A stretch of DNA of 64,000 nt from Candidatus Omnitrophota bacterium (GCA_026416665.1 JAOAET010000051.1:75800-139799); one strand, 5' to 3'. Counted from the first letter of the stretch, positions 30,146 to 41,936 are shown. The notes: generated by a model from the letters alone, not told the origin. Numbers and translations are program-made.

Positions 30146-31127
30146 CATCACCGTAACTATAAAAGCGATATTTTTCTTTGATTGCCTCTTGGTAAGCCTT
30201 TTTTGCAAGTTCAGTGGAACAGAAGGCACAGACAAGCATAAATAAAGTAGTTTTAGGGAGGTGAAAATTGGTCAAAAGACAATCGGTCATCTTAAATCTG
30301 TACCCTGGATAAATGAATAAGTCTGTCCAACCTTCTCTTTGACCTGAGTTAGCAAAACTCTCCAAGCACCGGCAAGAAGTTGTGCCTACAGCGAAGATAC
30401 GCCCTTTTCTTTGTCTCACTTGATTAAGAATATCTAAAGTTTGTTGGGGAATTTCATAATATTCGCTGTCCATCTGATGTTGTGTAATATCTTCTGTCTT
30501 AACAGGTTTAAAAGTTCCCAAACCTATATGAAGGGTAATAGAAACAATATTTACTTTTTTCCGAATATCTTTAAGTAAATTTTGGCTAAAGTGTAATCCC
30601 GCAGTGGGAGCAGCAACCGAACCTTCTTTTTTAGCATAGACTGTTTGATAATAACACTTATCCAAAAAAGTAGGAGCGCGTCTAATATAAGGTGGCAGGG
30701 GCACTTGTCCTATACTATAAATTCTTTTTATTTGTTTTGTGTTAAACAATACCTCTTTCTGTCCTGTCCGGATACAACTAATGTTTTTGGAAAAAGTTAT
30801 TCTCTCTCCTATCTTTACCCGCGCCGGATGAATAAGTGCCTGAAAATATGCTTGATTACTGTCTTCTTTAATACGACGTAAAAGGAAAACTTCTACTATT
30901 CCACCAGTAACACGCCTACCGACCAAACGACAGTTAAGAACCTTTGAATCGTTTATTACTACTACGTCTGAAGGCTGCAAATAATTAATTATCTGTTCAA
31001 ATATACTATGTTGAATTACTGTGGTTTTGCGGTCAACTACAAGCATACGCGCTTTATGCCTTTTCTTCAGCGGAAACTGTGCAATCAGTTCTTTGGGTAA
31101 ATTATAATCAAAATCTGATAACTTCAT
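30129..31127 (-). CDS. queA: S-adenosylmethionine:tRNA ribosyltransferase-isomerase
   Basis: MKLSDFDYNLPKELIAQFP..., QueA length. Confidence 0.9.
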
Positions 31128-32296
31128 TTTGAATTTAATTTCTTAACTTCGGAATTTGGATAATAAAAATCAAGAATTTGGCGATAGGAAAAACCTTCTT
31201 TTGCCATTGCGTATGCTCCCCACTGACACATCCCTACGCCATGACCCCATCCAAATCCTTTAAACATAAAACCATTATCTACTATAGTAACGCTAAAATA
31301 GGTACTCTTTAAGATATCTTGACCCACCAAATTTCGTAGTTCTGAGGCAGAAATACCTAACGCACTATCATCATAAATTATACGAATACTTAAAGCTCGT
31401 CCAAACTGATTTCTGGATAATACTTGAATGTTTTTAATCTGTTTAACAATAATACCTGCCTTTTTCATTGCCTTAATAAGGTTTTCTTGAGTAAGTATAA
31501 TCTTCCAGAAGTAGTGTGGTGATTCTTTACAATAGGGGCATTCTTTTGCCTTTAATACTGGACATTTAATCTTTGGCCAAACAGCTTCTGCGTCTTCAGT
31601 GGCACCTCCACAAGTAGAAGAATAAAAGGCGGGTAAAATTTTACCTTGGTAGCAAAGAATTTCATCCTTTGTCTGAGCAACTGCTTCATTTATACGCAGA
31701 CGCTCGGCAGCCAAACCACCATAACTTTGAGTAGAAATATCTGTGGTTAAATCGTAAGGTTTGTTCTGTGATTCTTGCTTGCGATATAGTGCATACGTTC
31801 GAAATACCACACAATGCGCTTTAAGTGCTTCCATTGGCCAGTGGTGTGAAATCTCCCGCACAGCAATACCCTTAATATATTCTTCTAACTCTAAGATATT
31901 AATTAGACGTAAACCTTTTTTGTGAAGATTAATTGTAATAGTATTTCTATAACCCCGATTGTTTACCCAGATAATGTTTTCTCCAGAGGCTTTAATAGTA
32001 ATAGAATTGCTACCTAACAACCTTTGCCCGAAGTACATTTTATTATCACGTTTAGAAAACACTGCCCGCAAATAATTACCCGAAAGAATTACTCTATCTG
32101 TCTGATTGTCCTTAATAGTAAAAGGTCCTGTTACAGAAATATCCACCTTCCCAATACTTTCCAAGAGTAAAACCCGTACTGATTCCGCCCAAACTAACGG
32201 TAGACTAAAAAAGCCGACCAGTAGTATACATCCACCAATGCAAATAAAAAAATTGCGGCAAGAAACCAAATTCTTTCTTATTGCCGCCGAGACCAT
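31124..32296 (-). CDS. SpoIID/LytB-domain protein (amidase enhancer family)
   Basis: LEEYIKGIAVREISHHWPMEALKAHCVVFRTYALY signature, N-terminal TM. TTG at 32302 or ATG at 32296. Confidence 0.75.
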   Translation of the reverse strand: MVSAAIRKNLVSCRNFFICIGGCILLVGFFSLPLVWAESVRVLLLESIGKVDISVTGPFTIKDNQTDRVILSGNYLRAVFSKRDNKMYFGQRLLGSNSITIKASGENIIWVNNRGYRNTITINLHKKGLRLINILELEEYIKGIAVREISHHWPMEALKAHCVVFRTYALYRKQESQNKPYDLTTDISTQSYGGLAAERLRINEAVAQTKDEILCYQGKILPAFYSSTCGGATEDAEAVWPKIKCPVLKAKECPYCKESPHYFWKIILTQENLIKAMKKAGIIVKQIKNIQVLSRNQFGRALSIRIIYDDSALGISASELRNLVGQDILKSTYFSVTIVDNGFMFKGFGWGHGVGMCQWGAYAMAKEGFSYRQILDFYYPNSEVKKLNSK

Positions 32297-32496
32297 ATCC
32301 AAAATATAATAGTAAGTAGAAGACTTAATAAAAGACTGGTAGTTAAAGGAAAGTAAAAGGTAAAATTTTTTCTTTCAATCAAGATATCCCCGGGTAAACG
32401 CCCAAGAAAAGGTATCTTATGTGCGACTAAAAGAACAAGGCCCAAAATAATAATAACCGAACCTAAAATAATAAGAATCTTTGCTAATTCCTGCAT
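32278..32496 (-). CDS. DUF2905-like small membrane protein
   Basis: 72 aa, two TM, central GRLPGDI motif. Confidence 0.5.
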   Translation of the reverse strand: MQELAKILIILGSVIIILGLVLLVAHKIPFLGRLPGDILIERKNFTFYFPLTTSLLLSLLLTIIFWIWSRRQ

Positions 32497-32531
32497 AGTT
32501 TATTTTATAAGTTTTTTGTCTTTAAAATAAA

Positions 32532-33650
32532 TTAGAATAATTCCTGTTGTTTCTCATTGCTAACCAAACCCAAGTGTTCATAAGCCAGTTTAGTAACGGT
32601 GCGACCACGAGAAGTGCGTTTAAGATAACCTGCTTTAAGTAAATAAGGCTCTATTACATCAACAATAGTATCTTCTTCTTCATTAAGTGACGCTGCTAAT
32701 GATTCTATACCCACAGGTCCTCCATCAAATACCTCAATAATTGTGCGTAGCACTTTCCTGTCCATTTCATCTAAACCTGCCTGATCAATGCGTAATTCAT
32801 CTAAACTACGACAGGCAATAGAAAAAGTAATTGTTAAGCTATTAGCTACTTGGGCATAGTCCCTTACCCTGCGAAGCAATCGATTGGCAATACGTGGAGT
32901 TCCCCTTGAACGTCGAGCAATTTCTTCCGCTGCCTTCTCTTCGATAGCGATATTTAAAAGCTTTGCAGAACGTTTTACTATTTGGGTTAAGTCATCAACT
33001 TCATAAAAATCTAAATGGTGAAAAATACCAAAACGGCTACGTAAAGGTGAAGAAAGAAGTCCGCTACGAGTAGTTGCTCCTACTAAAGTGAAAGGCTTCA
33101 GCCGAAATTTAATTGTCTTGGCATAAGGTCCTTTATCAATAACAAAATCAATCTCAGAGTTTTCCATTGCTGGATAAATAAACTCTTCTACTACTTTAGG
33201 AAGACGATGAATTTCGTCAATAAATAAAATATCTCCTTTCTCAAGATTAGTAAGTATCCCTATAAGGTCACCGGCTCGTTCAATAGCCGGGCCAGAAGTA
33301 GCGGTAATCTTAGCATGCATCTCATGGGCAATAATATGGGCAAGACAAGTTTTCCCCAACCCTGGCGGACCAGATAATAAAATATGCTCTAAAGGTTCCT
33401 TCCTCTGTCGTGCAGCAGCAAGACAAATCTTTAAGTTAGCAATCACATCCTTCTGTCCTATAAACTCAGAAAGTTTAGTAGGACGGAGAGAAAGATTCAG
33501 GACCGCATCTTCTTCTGTCTCTTGACCACGGCTAAGCAAAGAGATAGACTCTGGAATTGGATTAGTTGAAGTAATCTGCTTGTCAATAAATTCAAAAGAG
33601 GTTGCGGATTTTTTCCCTTTCTTATTCTGCTGATAGTTCTGGGCGTTCAT
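32532..33650 (-). CDS. ruvB: Holliday junction branch-migration helicase RuvB
   Basis: LRPTKLSEFIGQ..., Walker A GPPGLGKT, DEIHRL. Confidence 0.92.
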   Translation of the reverse strand: MNAQNYQQNKKGKKSATSFEFIDKQITSTNPIPESISLLSRGQETEEDAVLNLSLRPTKLSEFIGQKDVIANLKICLAAARQRKEPLEHILLSGPPGLGKTCLAHIIAHEMHAKITATSGPAIERAGDLIGILTNLEKGDILFIDEIHRLPKVVEEFIYPAMENSEIDFVIDKGPYAKTIKFRLKPFTLVGATTRSGLLSSPLRSRFGIFHHLDFYEVDDLTQIVKRSAKLLNIAIEEKAAEEIARRSRGTPRIANRLLRRVRDYAQVANSLTITFSIACRSLDELRIDQAGLDEMDRKVLRTIIEVFDGGPVGIESLAASLNEEEDTIVDVIEPYLLKAGYLKRTSRGRTVTKLAYEHLGLVSNEKQQELF

Positions 33651-34392
33651 TCTCAGGAACTATGTTGTTACGGTTACGAATAATCTCGATTTCACCAAAT
33701 AACTGTTTCTGCACAGCAACAATCTCTTTCTGTCGAATAAGTTCTAAAATTGCTAAGAATGTAACAATCATCTCTGCTTTATTTTTCGCAGTTGAAAAAA
33801 GTGAGCTTAAAAAAATTGTCTCTTGAATAAGCAAAAGATGCAGAATATCATGAACTTTTTCCTCAATAGTAAATTCGTCTTTTACTACATTATAAAATAA
33901 ATCCTTTGGTGTCTGTTCCATTGCCTTAGAAAAGGCACTAATTAAATCAAAAATACTCGCTTCGAAATACACTGGTGCTTCTTCAACAACTGTATCTTCA
34001 GTTACCTGCAAAGTAGCCTTCGGACGTTTAAATACTTCTTTTTGAGCTTGCTCCCGCTGGCGTAGTTCCTGTGCAATCTGTTTAAATCGTTCATATTCTA
34101 ACAACTGCTGCACCAGCTCTGCTCTGGGGTCAACTATTTCTTGCTCAGCTGTTTGTTCTTCCTGAGCAGGCAATAGCATCTTAGACTTTATTTGCATTAA
34201 GGTGGCGGCCATCACTAAAAATTCTCCTGCTATAGCAAGGTCTAAAATCTTCATCAACTCTAAATATTCAAGATACTGTCTAGTTACCTCAGCAATAGGT
34301 ATATCATAGATATTCAGATGGTCTTTTTTGACTAGATACAATAAAAGGTCTAAAGGCCCTTCAAAAATCTGCAATCTTATTTTGTAACTCAT
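33622..34392 (-). CDS. scpA: Segregation and condensation protein A
   Basis: FEGPLDLLLYLVKKDHLNIYDIPIAEVTRQYLEYL signature. Confidence 0.85.
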   Translation of the reverse strand: MSYKIRLQIFEGPLDLLLYLVKKDHLNIYDIPIAEVTRQYLEYLELMKILDLAIAGEFLVMAATLMQIKSKMLLPAQEEQTAEQEIVDPRAELVQQLLEYERFKQIAQELRQREQAQKEVFKRPKATLQVTEDTVVEEAPVYFEASIFDLISAFSKAMEQTPKDLFYNVVKDEFTIEEKVHDILHLLLIQETIFLSSLFSTAKNKAEMIVTFLAILELIRQKEIVAVQKQLFGEIEIIRNRNNIVPENERPELSAE

Positions 34393-35372
34393 ATCTTCAT
34401 TGCCTGTCGCACTTCCTGAAGTGTCTTCTCAGCAACTGCTTCTGCACGCTGTCTTCCTTCTTTTAATATTAATTTAATTTCTTCTTGTTGGTTAAGAAAC
34501 TGTCTTCTACGAATCCAGATTGGTTTTAACCTTTCAATAATCCTGTCTGCAAGCATCTTCTTACAATCTATACAACCAATATCAGCACTCTGACAGGATT
34601 CAGCTATCTGTTTTTGTCTATCTTGTGCAAAGATGGTGTAATAAGAAAAAACATTGCAAACTTCGGGATGCCCTTTATCTGTTCGTTTAATCCGTTGAGG
34701 ATCCGTAATCATTACAGAGACTTTTCTGTAAATCTCCTCTTCTGTATCTGAAAGATTAATAGTGTTGTTATAACTCTTACTCATTTTTCTACCATCTACC
34801 CCTACTAAACGAGCTACCTTCGTAAGTAAAGCATCTGGTTGAGGAAATACCTCTGTTTTGTACAAAGTATGAAAACGTCTAACAATCTCCCGCGTAAGTT
34901 CAAGATGGGGCAATTGATCTTCACCTACAGGAACTACTTCTGCTTTGTAAGCAAGGATGTCCGCTGCCTGTAGTACTGGGTATCCTAAAAAACCATAGGT
35001 ATTAAGATCTCTTGTTTCAACTTGTCGTAATTGCTCTTTATAGGTAGGACAACGTTCTAACCAACCTAATGGTACAAAACAAGAAAATATCATAAATAAA
35101 TCAAGATGGGCCCTAACTTCTGACTGAACAAAAACTGTAGATTTTTTCGGGTCAATTCCACAAGCTAACCAATCAACTACATTATCAATGGAATATTCGT
35201 TAATAACACTGGGTTCTTCATACTCGCTCATTAAGGCATGCCAATCCGCTACCATAAAGTAACAATCATATTCTTGCTGTAGAGAAACCCAGTTATCTAA
35301 TGTTCCTACTAAATGTCCAAGGTGCAACCTACCTGTTGGCCGCATGCCACTTAAAATTCTTTTCTTCTTCAT
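34389..35372 (-). CDS. trpS: Tryptophan--tRNA ligase
   Basis: HIGH-type motif TGRLHLGHLVG, KMSKS. Confidence 0.92.
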   Translation of the reverse strand: MKKKRILSGMRPTGRLHLGHLVGTLDNWVSLQQEYDCYFMVADWHALMSEYEEPSVINEYSIDNVVDWLACGIDPKKSTVFVQSEVRAHLDLFMIFSCFVPLGWLERCPTYKEQLRQVETRDLNTYGFLGYPVLQAADILAYKAEVVPVGEDQLPHLELTREIVRRFHTLYKTEVFPQPDALLTKVARLVGVDGRKMSKSYNNTINLSDTEEEIYRKVSVMITDPQRIKRTDKGHPEVCNVFSYYTIFAQDRQKQIAESCQSADIGCIDCKKMLADRIIERLKPIWIRRRQFLNQQEEIKLILKEGRQRAEAVAEKTLQEVRQAMKI

Positions 35373-35403
35373 CGTTTAATTAAAATTTCTACAAAGAAGT
35401 TAT

Positions 35404-37872
35404 CTATAATGTCCGAGCTATTTTCTGAATGGTGAAGGCTTCAATAGTATCTCCCTCAAGAATCTCCTGGAAATTTTTTAGTGTAATTCCACACTCAAAA
35501 CCTTCTTCTACTTCACGAACATCGTCTTTAAAGCGCTTAAGATTAGCTATCTCGCCTTCAAAAATAACTGTACCGTTACGCACTACAGTTATTTGTGCAC
35601 TCCGCATAATCTTGCCTTTTACAACATAACAACCAGCAACATTACCTGAGGAAAGCTTAAAGACCTTACGAACTTCTGCCCGTCCCAAAAATACCTTCTT
35701 TAACTTAGGAGCAAGCATACCTTCTAATGCCTGACGTATCTGGTTAACTAGCTCATAAATAACATTGTAGATACGAACATCAACCCCTTCTTTGTCTACC
35801 AAGGGTTTTGCCTGTTCATCAACTACGACATTAAATCCTAAAACTAAGGCGTTAGAAGCGACAGCTAAGATTACATCTGAGGCATTTACGTTGCCAATAC
35901 CCTCGTGAATAATTACCAATTTAACTTCTTCATCCGGAATCTTCTTAAGAGCCTCTTTTATTGCTTCAATAGAACCTTGGGCATCTGCTTTTAAAATAAT
36001 GTTTAGTTCTTTAATCTTCCCGGATTTGACCTGTGAATAAAGGTCATCTAAACTCATTCTTTTTACTGGCTGCATCTGACGCAGACGCTGTTTCTCTATA
36101 CGTTTTTGAACAATCTCCTTTGCCAATTTCTCATCTTTTACCACAAAAAATTGTTCTCCTGCCTCAGGCACGCCCGATAGACCTAAAACCTCTACTGGCT
36201 CAGAAGGTCCAGCCTTTGAAACCTGTTTTCCATGGTCATTAAACATTGCGCGTATCTTTCCAAAAACAGAGCCTGCTACAATATAGTCATTAATATATAA
36301 GGTGCCATTTTGTACTAAAAAGGTAGCAACTGGTCCTTTGTTCTTTACTAACTTCGCCTCAAGGACAACTCCCCGTGCAGCCCTATTGGGATTTGCCTTT
36401 AGTTCTAATAACTCTGCCTCTAAGAGAATCATTTCTAAAAGTTCATCTATTCCTTGGTGAGTCTTAGCAGATACCGGTACCATTACTGTTTTCCCACCCC
36501 AATCCTCTGCCACCAGGCCTAAACTTGCCAGCTGTTTCTTAACACGATTTATATCTGCTTCTGGCTTGTCAATTTTGTTTATAGCAACTACAATGGTAAC
36601 TGCTGCTGCCTTAGCGTGGTCAATTGCCTCTTGTGTTTGAGGCATTACCCCATCATCCGCAGCAACTACTATTACAACTATATCCGTTACCTTAGCTCCC
36701 CGGGCGCGCATAGCAGTAAAGGCCTCATGCCCAGGAGTATCTAAAAAAGTAATCTCGCCTTTAGGAAGTTTAACTCTATAAGCACCAATATGCTGAGTTA
36801 TTCCACCAAATTCTGAATCAGCAACCTTTGTTTGACGAATAGCATCAAGTAGTGATGTTTTTCCATGGTCAACATGCCCCATAAATGTAACAATGGGCCA
36901 ACGCGGTTTAAGGTCCTTCGGGTCATCAGCACGCATATGCTCCATAATAAGCTGTTCTTCTTCCTCGGGCTTAGCTACTGGCCGATAACCATAACGTGCA
37001 CAAACCTCTGCTACTGCCTTTTCAGAAAGCGCTTGATTGATTGGCACCATTATTCCCATATCTATAAGTAACTTAATGATAACCGATGGTTTCTCCTGTA
37101 AGCGGACGCTTAAGTCCTTAACAGTTACTGGATACTCAACAATAAGCTCTTTCAATTCTGTGGTGGAAGAAGGTGCTTGTATTTGCGGATGAGAAGATTG
37201 TGCAAAAAGTTGTTCTGACGCTATTTCCTCTTTGATAGGACTAATCTGTTGCTTCTCCTTAAGAACACTGCTTACTTTATCTTCTTTCAATGAGTTTAAG
37301 CTTTGCTCGGAGACTTCTTCTGGTTTCTCTTTCGTAGGGGCTATTGTTTCTTCAACCAATACATTTTCGCTAGATTCCTTAGAAGAGGTTATTAGCTGTT
37401 CTATCTGTTGTGCTTCGGTTCTTTGGTCTTTCTGTAATATTCTTTCAGATTGTCCTTCAAACTGAGTAGCAGAAGAAACCGAAGTTTTCTGAACGGTCTT
37501 CTCCTCTATTAAAGTATCCGGCATTTTCTCTGTTATTGCCAAATCTGCAATTTTCTGTTTTTCATTATCCGCTGTCTGTTCCAGTAATTTCTTTTTAGGT
37601 ACTTTTTTTGAAGTTAATAAGCCAGCTGAATCATAACTTTTCTCTTCTTTTATTATCTTTTCCTCTTTTTGTTTCAGAGTCTTTCTTTTTTTTGGTATAA
37701 CTGACGACCTTGATTTAGTCTGTCTCTTCTCTAACGAAGATTGCTTAGAAACTTGCTCAACGGCTTTTTCTTTAACAGTAGTCCCCTTTGTTTTTGCAGT
37801 ACGAGACTGTTTCTTCTCTGATATCTGTTTTTTTTCTTTTTTCTCTGCCTGTTTATTTTTTTCCATATACAC
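35404..37872 (-). CDS. infB: Translation initiation factor IF-2
   Basis: K/E-rich N-terminal region. GTPase G1 [23 protein letters not shown] at 37872 or ATG at 37866. Confidence 0.95.
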   Translation of the reverse strand: MYMEKNKQAEKKEKKQISEKKQSRTAKTKGTTVKEKAVEQVSKQSSLEKRQTKSRSSVIPKKRKTLKQKEEKIIKEEKSYDSAGLLTSKKVPKKKLLEQTADNEKQKIADLAITEKMPDTLIEEKTVQKTSVSSATQFEGQSERILQKDQRTEAQQIEQLITSSKESSENVLVEETIAPTKEKPEEVSEQSLNSLKEDKVSSVLKEKQQISPIKEEIASEQLFAQSSHPQIQAPSSTTELKELIVEYPVTVKDLSVRLQEKPSVIIKLLIDMGIMVPINQALSEKAVAEVCARYGYRPVAKPEEEEQLIMEHMRADDPKDLKPRWPIVTFMGHVDHGKTSLLDAIRQTKVADSEFGGITQHIGAYRVKLPKGEITFLDTPGHEAFTAMRARGAKVTDIVVIVVAADDGVMPQTQEAIDHAKAAAVTIVVAINKIDKPEADINRVKKQLASLGLVAEDWGGKTVMVPVSAKTHQGIDELLEMILLEAELLELKANPNRAARGVVLEAKLVKNKGPVATFLVQNGTLYINDYIVAGSVFGKIRAMFNDHGKQVSKAGPSEPVEVLGLSGVPEAGEQFFVVKDEKLAKEIVQKRIEKQRLRQMQPVKRMSLDDLYSQVKSGKIKELNIILKADAQGSIEAIKEALKKIPDEEVKLVIIHEGIGNVNASDVILAVASNALVLGFNVVVDEQAKPLVDKEGVDVRIYNVIYELVNQIRQALEGMLAPKLKKVFLGRAEVRKVFKLSSGNVAGCYVVKGKIMRSAQITVVRNGTVIFEGEIANLKRFKDDVREVEEGFECGITLKNFQEILEGDTIEAFTIQKIARTL

Positions 37873-39114
37873 CTACGACTTTCCTAAAAGTTTTTTTGCC
37901 TGAGCAATAATCTTTTTAGCCTTAGTCTCTGCAATACCTTTTACTGAAGTTAAAGCATTTATATCAGCTGTGGCTATATCCTGAAGCGTCTTAAAACCTG
38001 CTGTCTCCAAGTTCTGAAGTATCTTTTTCCCAATCCCCTCAAGACTATCTATTGTTAATTGGGCGGCCTTCTCTGTTAAGGCAGTTTCTTCTACCTTTAA
38101 TTCCTGCTTACTTTCCTCTTCGGATACACCTGGGGTCTGCTGTTGCATCTTTTTTTGCATAGCCTCTTGTTCTGCCATTGCACGGGTCCGTACATCTAAT
38201 TCCCAACCCACTAATTTAGAAGCAAGCCGAACATTCTGACCGTGTTTTCCAATAGCTAAAGATAGTTGATCATCAGCTACAATTACCTCAGCATGTTTAT
38301 TTGCTTTATCTAAACGAATTTCACTTACCTGGGCAGGTAAAAGAGCTGCTTTTATGTATTCCTTAATATCATCATTATATCTTACAATATCAATTTTTTC
38401 GCCTGAGAGTTCATTAACTATATTCTTAACTCTTCCACCACGCATCCCTACACAGGCACCCACAGAGTCTACTTTATCATCCCGAGACCATACTGCTATT
38501 TTGGTTCGTTCTCCAGGTTGACGCGAGATAGACTTAATCTCTACTGTTTTATCAAAGATTTCAGGCACCTCTAATTCAAAAAGTTTCTTTACAAAATTAG
38601 GATGTTTACGGCTCAAAATAATCTGGGGTCCGCGATTCTCCTTTTTTACTTCCAGAATAATTGCCCGTATCCGTTGTCCTTGCCGCACTTGCTCCCCAGG
38701 TATTTGTTCACTTTTTGGTAAAAGACCTTCTGCCTTACCCAATAGATCTATGATAATGTTGTTTTTTTCAAAACGGTAAACTGTTCCCGAGACTAGTTCA
38801 CCAACCTTACCTTGGAATTCATCATAAACTACTTCTTTCTCTGCCTCTCTAATCCTCTGGATAATTACCTGACGGGCAGCAGAAGCAGCAATCCGTCCAA
38901 AGTCAACATTGGTTATCTGTTCATTATTACGAAAAGCAGTAATCTTCCCTGTCTCAGGATCAAGTTTAACCTCTAAGCGCTCATTGGGCTTTACGTCCAC
39001 AACCCTTTTTACTGCACTCAGCAGAGCACTTTCTACCGCCTTAACGAGAACGTCCTTTTTTATTCCTTTTTCTCTTTCTATCTGTTCGATAATCGCAATT
39101 AGTTCCTTACTCAT
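37873..39114 (-). CDS. nusA: Transcription termination/antitermination factor NusA
   Basis: S1 and KH domain signatures, C-terminal acidic/HhH region. Immediately upstream of infB. Confidence 0.93.
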   Translation of the reverse strand: MSKELIAIIEQIEREKGIKKDVLVKAVESALLSAVKRVVDVKPNERLEVKLDPETGKITAFRNNEQITNVDFGRIAASAARQVIIQRIREAEKEVVYDEFQGKVGELVSGTVYRFEKNNIIIDLLGKAEGLLPKSEQIPGEQVRQGQRIRAIILEVKKENRGPQIILSRKHPNFVKKLFELEVPEIFDKTVEIKSISRQPGERTKIAVWSRDDKVDSVGACVGMRGGRVKNIVNELSGEKIDIVRYNDDIKEYIKAALLPAQVSEIRLDKANKHAEVIVADDQLSLAIGKHGQNVRLASKLVGWELDVRTRAMAEQEAMQKKMQQQTPGVSEEESKQELKVEETALTEKAAQLTIDSLEGIGKKILQNLETAGFKTLQDIATADINALTSVKGIAETKAKKIIAQAKKLLGKS

Positions 39115-39129
39115 ATTACTCCTCTTTGG

Positions 39130-39585
39130 TTACAACTGTTGCTGTGCCTTTAGAATCTGACTATATGTTATACGCCTTATACCTTCCTTGGTTAGAACAT
39201 CAACAGCATCGTCAAATACTTCCTGGATAATCCCACAATATTCTATTTTATCATTAATTGGCTGACTCAAAAAGAATTTTACTTGCCGATTTATACAACG
39301 AAGAAAATCCTCTTTTTTAAATAAAGGTCTATCTATCCCTGGTGAATTTACTTCCAAGATATAAGACCCAGACATTACATCTTCCATATCAAATAAATCA
39401 CCTAAAGAACGATTAAGCTGGGCACATTCAGCAAGGGTAATACCTCCTGTAGGTTTATCAGTGAGAATAACTACGATGTGCTGGTTGCCTTGCTTACGAA
39501 CTGACAAATCTACCAATAACAAGCCTTTTCTCTCTAGAAAAGGCTTCACCAATGATTCTAGTTTATTTGCCAATTCATCTTTCAT
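39130..39585 (-). CDS. rimP: Ribosome maturation factor RimP
   Basis: LVKPFLERKGLLLVDLSV. SD AGGAGG precedes ATG 39585. The track's 39624 start would overlap proS. Confidence 0.85.
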   Translation of the reverse strand: MKDELANKLESLVKPFLERKGLLLVDLSVRKQGNQHIVVILTDKPTGGITLAECAQLNRSLGDLFDMEDVMSGSYILEVNSPGIDRPLFKKEDFLRCINRQVKFFLSQPINDKIEYCGIIQEVFDDAVDVLTKEGIRRITYSQILKAQQQL

Positions 39586-40828
39586 AAATGGCCTCCTTAA
39601 TCTTTGAAAAAATAACAGAATCATCAGCGCTTATCTTTGTGTTTGTCTTTCGCTGTTTTAGTTCTAACAACCCTTCTTCTTGAACAGCCTTACCTAAAAT
39701 TAACTGCAGAGGCACTCCAATAAGGTCTGCATCTTTGAATTTAACACCTGCACGTTCATTACGGTCATCCATAAGCACGGGGATATCTTCCTGACTTAAT
39801 TTCTGATAAAGCACAGAGGCTTTCTCCATTATTGAGGAATTAGTTACATCTAAAGGTATAATAATAACTTTAAAAGGCGCTACTTCTATAGGCCAAATAA
39901 TACCATTCTCATCACGATTTTGTTCAATAATAGTAGCAATCAGTCGCGATACGCCAATACCATAACAACCCATAATAATAGGTTTTAATCTTCCTTGTTC
40001 GTCCTGAAAATATGCTTCTAGTGCCTGACTATACTTTGTCCCCAATTTAAAGATATGTCCGATTTCAATAGTATTTATTTTTTGCATATTTGTATTGCAA
40101 ACAGAACACTGCTTGGTATCTGTATCTTTAAAAGGTGCGGTCTTTGCACAGTTGGGACACAGCCATACTAAATCCTCACCACAAGAAGCTGGCACCATAA
40201 ACTCATGCGATAATGAACCACCCATTATCCCTGAATCCGCCTCTACTGTAAGACACTTCAGCCCTAATCTAGTGAAAATTCGCTCGTATGCTTGATGCAT
40301 AAGACAATAACTTCTATCTAAACCCTCCTCATCAATATCAAAACTATAAGCATCCTTCATAATAAATTCACAAGAACGCACTAACCCAAAACGTGGACGT
40401 ATCTCGTCACGGAACTTAGTCTGAATTTGATACAATATAAGAGGAAGTTGCTTGTAAGATGAAATATGCTGATGCACAAGTTCTGTAATGACTTCTTCAT
40501 GAGTCGGACCAAGACACATTCTTCTTCCACGCCTATCTGTGAATTTAATCATTACCTGACCTAAAAGTTTATCCCTTTCTGTCTTCTGCCATAATTCTAA
40601 AGGCTGAAGTGCAGGCAATAATAATTCATTGGCTCCAGTTTTATCCATTTCCTGACGAATAACCTGCTGTATATTCTCAAGCACCATTAATCCATATGGC
40701 AGATAGGAATAAACCCCTGCTATTAACATTCGCACCAATCCTGCTCTAAGCATCAGTTGGTGGCTAATCGATTCTGCCTCTTGTGGTGTCTCTTTTAGTG
40801 TGGGGATAAAAAACTTACTCCATAACAT
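39575..40828 (-). CDS. proS: Proline--tRNA ligase, compact form without INS editing domain
   Basis: Class II motifs and C-terminal anticodon-binding domain. A Cys4 motif (CPNC-x13-CSVC) sits where the editing insertion would be. 417 aa. Confidence 0.85.
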   Translation of the reverse strand: MLWSKFFIPTLKETPQEAESISHQLMLRAGLVRMLIAGVYSYLPYGLMVLENIQQVIRQEMDKTGANELLLPALQPLELWQKTERDKLLGQVMIKFTDRRGRRMCLGPTHEEVITELVHQHISSYKQLPLILYQIQTKFRDEIRPRFGLVRSCEFIMKDAYSFDIDEEGLDRSYCLMHQAYERIFTRLGLKCLTVEADSGIMGGSLSHEFMVPASCGEDLVWLCPNCAKTAPFKDTDTKQCSVCNTNMQKINTIEIGHIFKLGTKYSQALEAYFQDEQGRLKPIIMGCYGIGVSRLIATIIEQNRDENGIIWPIEVAPFKVIIIPLDVTNSSIMEKASVLYQKLSQEDIPVLMDDRNERAGVKFKDADLIGVPLQLILGKAVQEEGLLELKQRKTNTKISADDSVIFSKIKEAIYER

Positions 40829-40850
40829 AAAATTACTCCTTATTACTTGA

Positions 40851-41936
40851 TTAAAGTCTTGTAAGCTCTCTGATAAGTGAAAAAACTGCGTCTTTGGCTA
40901 AAACTTTATACAGAGGTTTACCTTTCTTGAAGAGCAAACCTTGTGTCTTGCCAAAGGCAAGACCAATATCAGCACAGCTTGCCTCGCCGGGACCATTTAC
41001 TACGCAACCCATCATCGCTACCGTAGAAGATAAAGCATTTTTACTTAACTTTTGCTCTTTTAATTGCTGTTCTAATCTTTTAACCATTTTAATAAGAGGA
41101 ACCCTACTTCTGCCACAAGTAGGACAACTGATTATCTGTGGGCTAAAACGCCGCAGGCCCATTGCCTCTAATAAGGCCCTGGCAGCCTCTATTTCTTTTT
41201 CTGGCTGTTCAGTTAATGATATGCGTAAGGTATCACCTATACCCTGAAATAATAAAATACCCATTGCCACATATGATTTAGCTAAACCTTTCTGGTAGGT
41301 CCCCGTTGCAGTTACTCCCAAATGCAGAGGATAATCACAAATTTCAGCTATCTGCTGATAGGCAGCAACTGTTTCAAAAATGTTTTCTGCCTTTACTGAA
41401 ACCACAAGATTCCTAAAACCAAATCCCTCTATAATTTTTAAGTATTCTTTTGCCTTTTGAACCAGAGCATATCCACGGTTTTTAGTTTTCCCTATCGAAC
41501 CCGAATTAAGCCCCACTCTAATGGGAATACCTGCAAGCTTGGCAGCCGCACAAATTTCGCGAATTTCTGCCTTCCGAAAAATATTGCCAGGATTAAGACG
41601 AATTTTATCTACCCCTGCCTCAATTGCCTCTATAGCCAAAGTCCAATCAAAATGGATATCTGCTACCAAAGGTATATCTATTTGGCGCTTAATCTCTGAT
41701 AATGCCTGTGCATCTTTGTGGTCATTAACTGCCACACGAACAATCTCTGCTCCAGCTCTGGTTAGTCTCTGTATCTGCTCTATTGTCTGGTCAATGTTTT
41801 TAGTAATGGTTTTTGTCATTGACTGAATAGCAATAGGATATTTACCACCAATATACAGCTTCCCAATACGTACAACCCTAGCAGATCTTCTTTTAATATT
41901 ACTTTTGAAAATATCCATAGAACTTTTGATAGACAT
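40851..41936 (-). CDS. ispG: 4-hydroxy-3-methylbut-2-enyl diphosphate synthase (flavodoxin)
   Basis: GGKYPIAIQSMTKT, Fe-S cysteines (CPTCGR...). Confidence 0.9.
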   Translation of the reverse strand: MSIKSSMDIFKSNIKRRSARVVRIGKLYIGGKYPIAIQSMTKTITKNIDQTIEQIQRLTRAGAEIVRVAVNDHKDAQALSEIKRQIDIPLVADIHFDWTLAIEAIEAGVDKIRLNPGNIFRKAEIREICAAAKLAGIPIRVGLNSGSIGKTKNRGYALVQKAKEYLKIIEGFGFRNLVVSVKAENIFETVAAYQQIAEICDYPLHLGVTATGTYQKGLAKSYVAMGILLFQGIGDTLRISLTEQPEKEIEAARALLEAMGLRRFSPQIISCPTCGRSRVPLIKMVKRLEQQLKEQKLSKNALSSTVAMMGCVVNGPGEASCADIGLAFGKTQGLLFKKGKPLYKVLAKDAVFSLIRELTRL

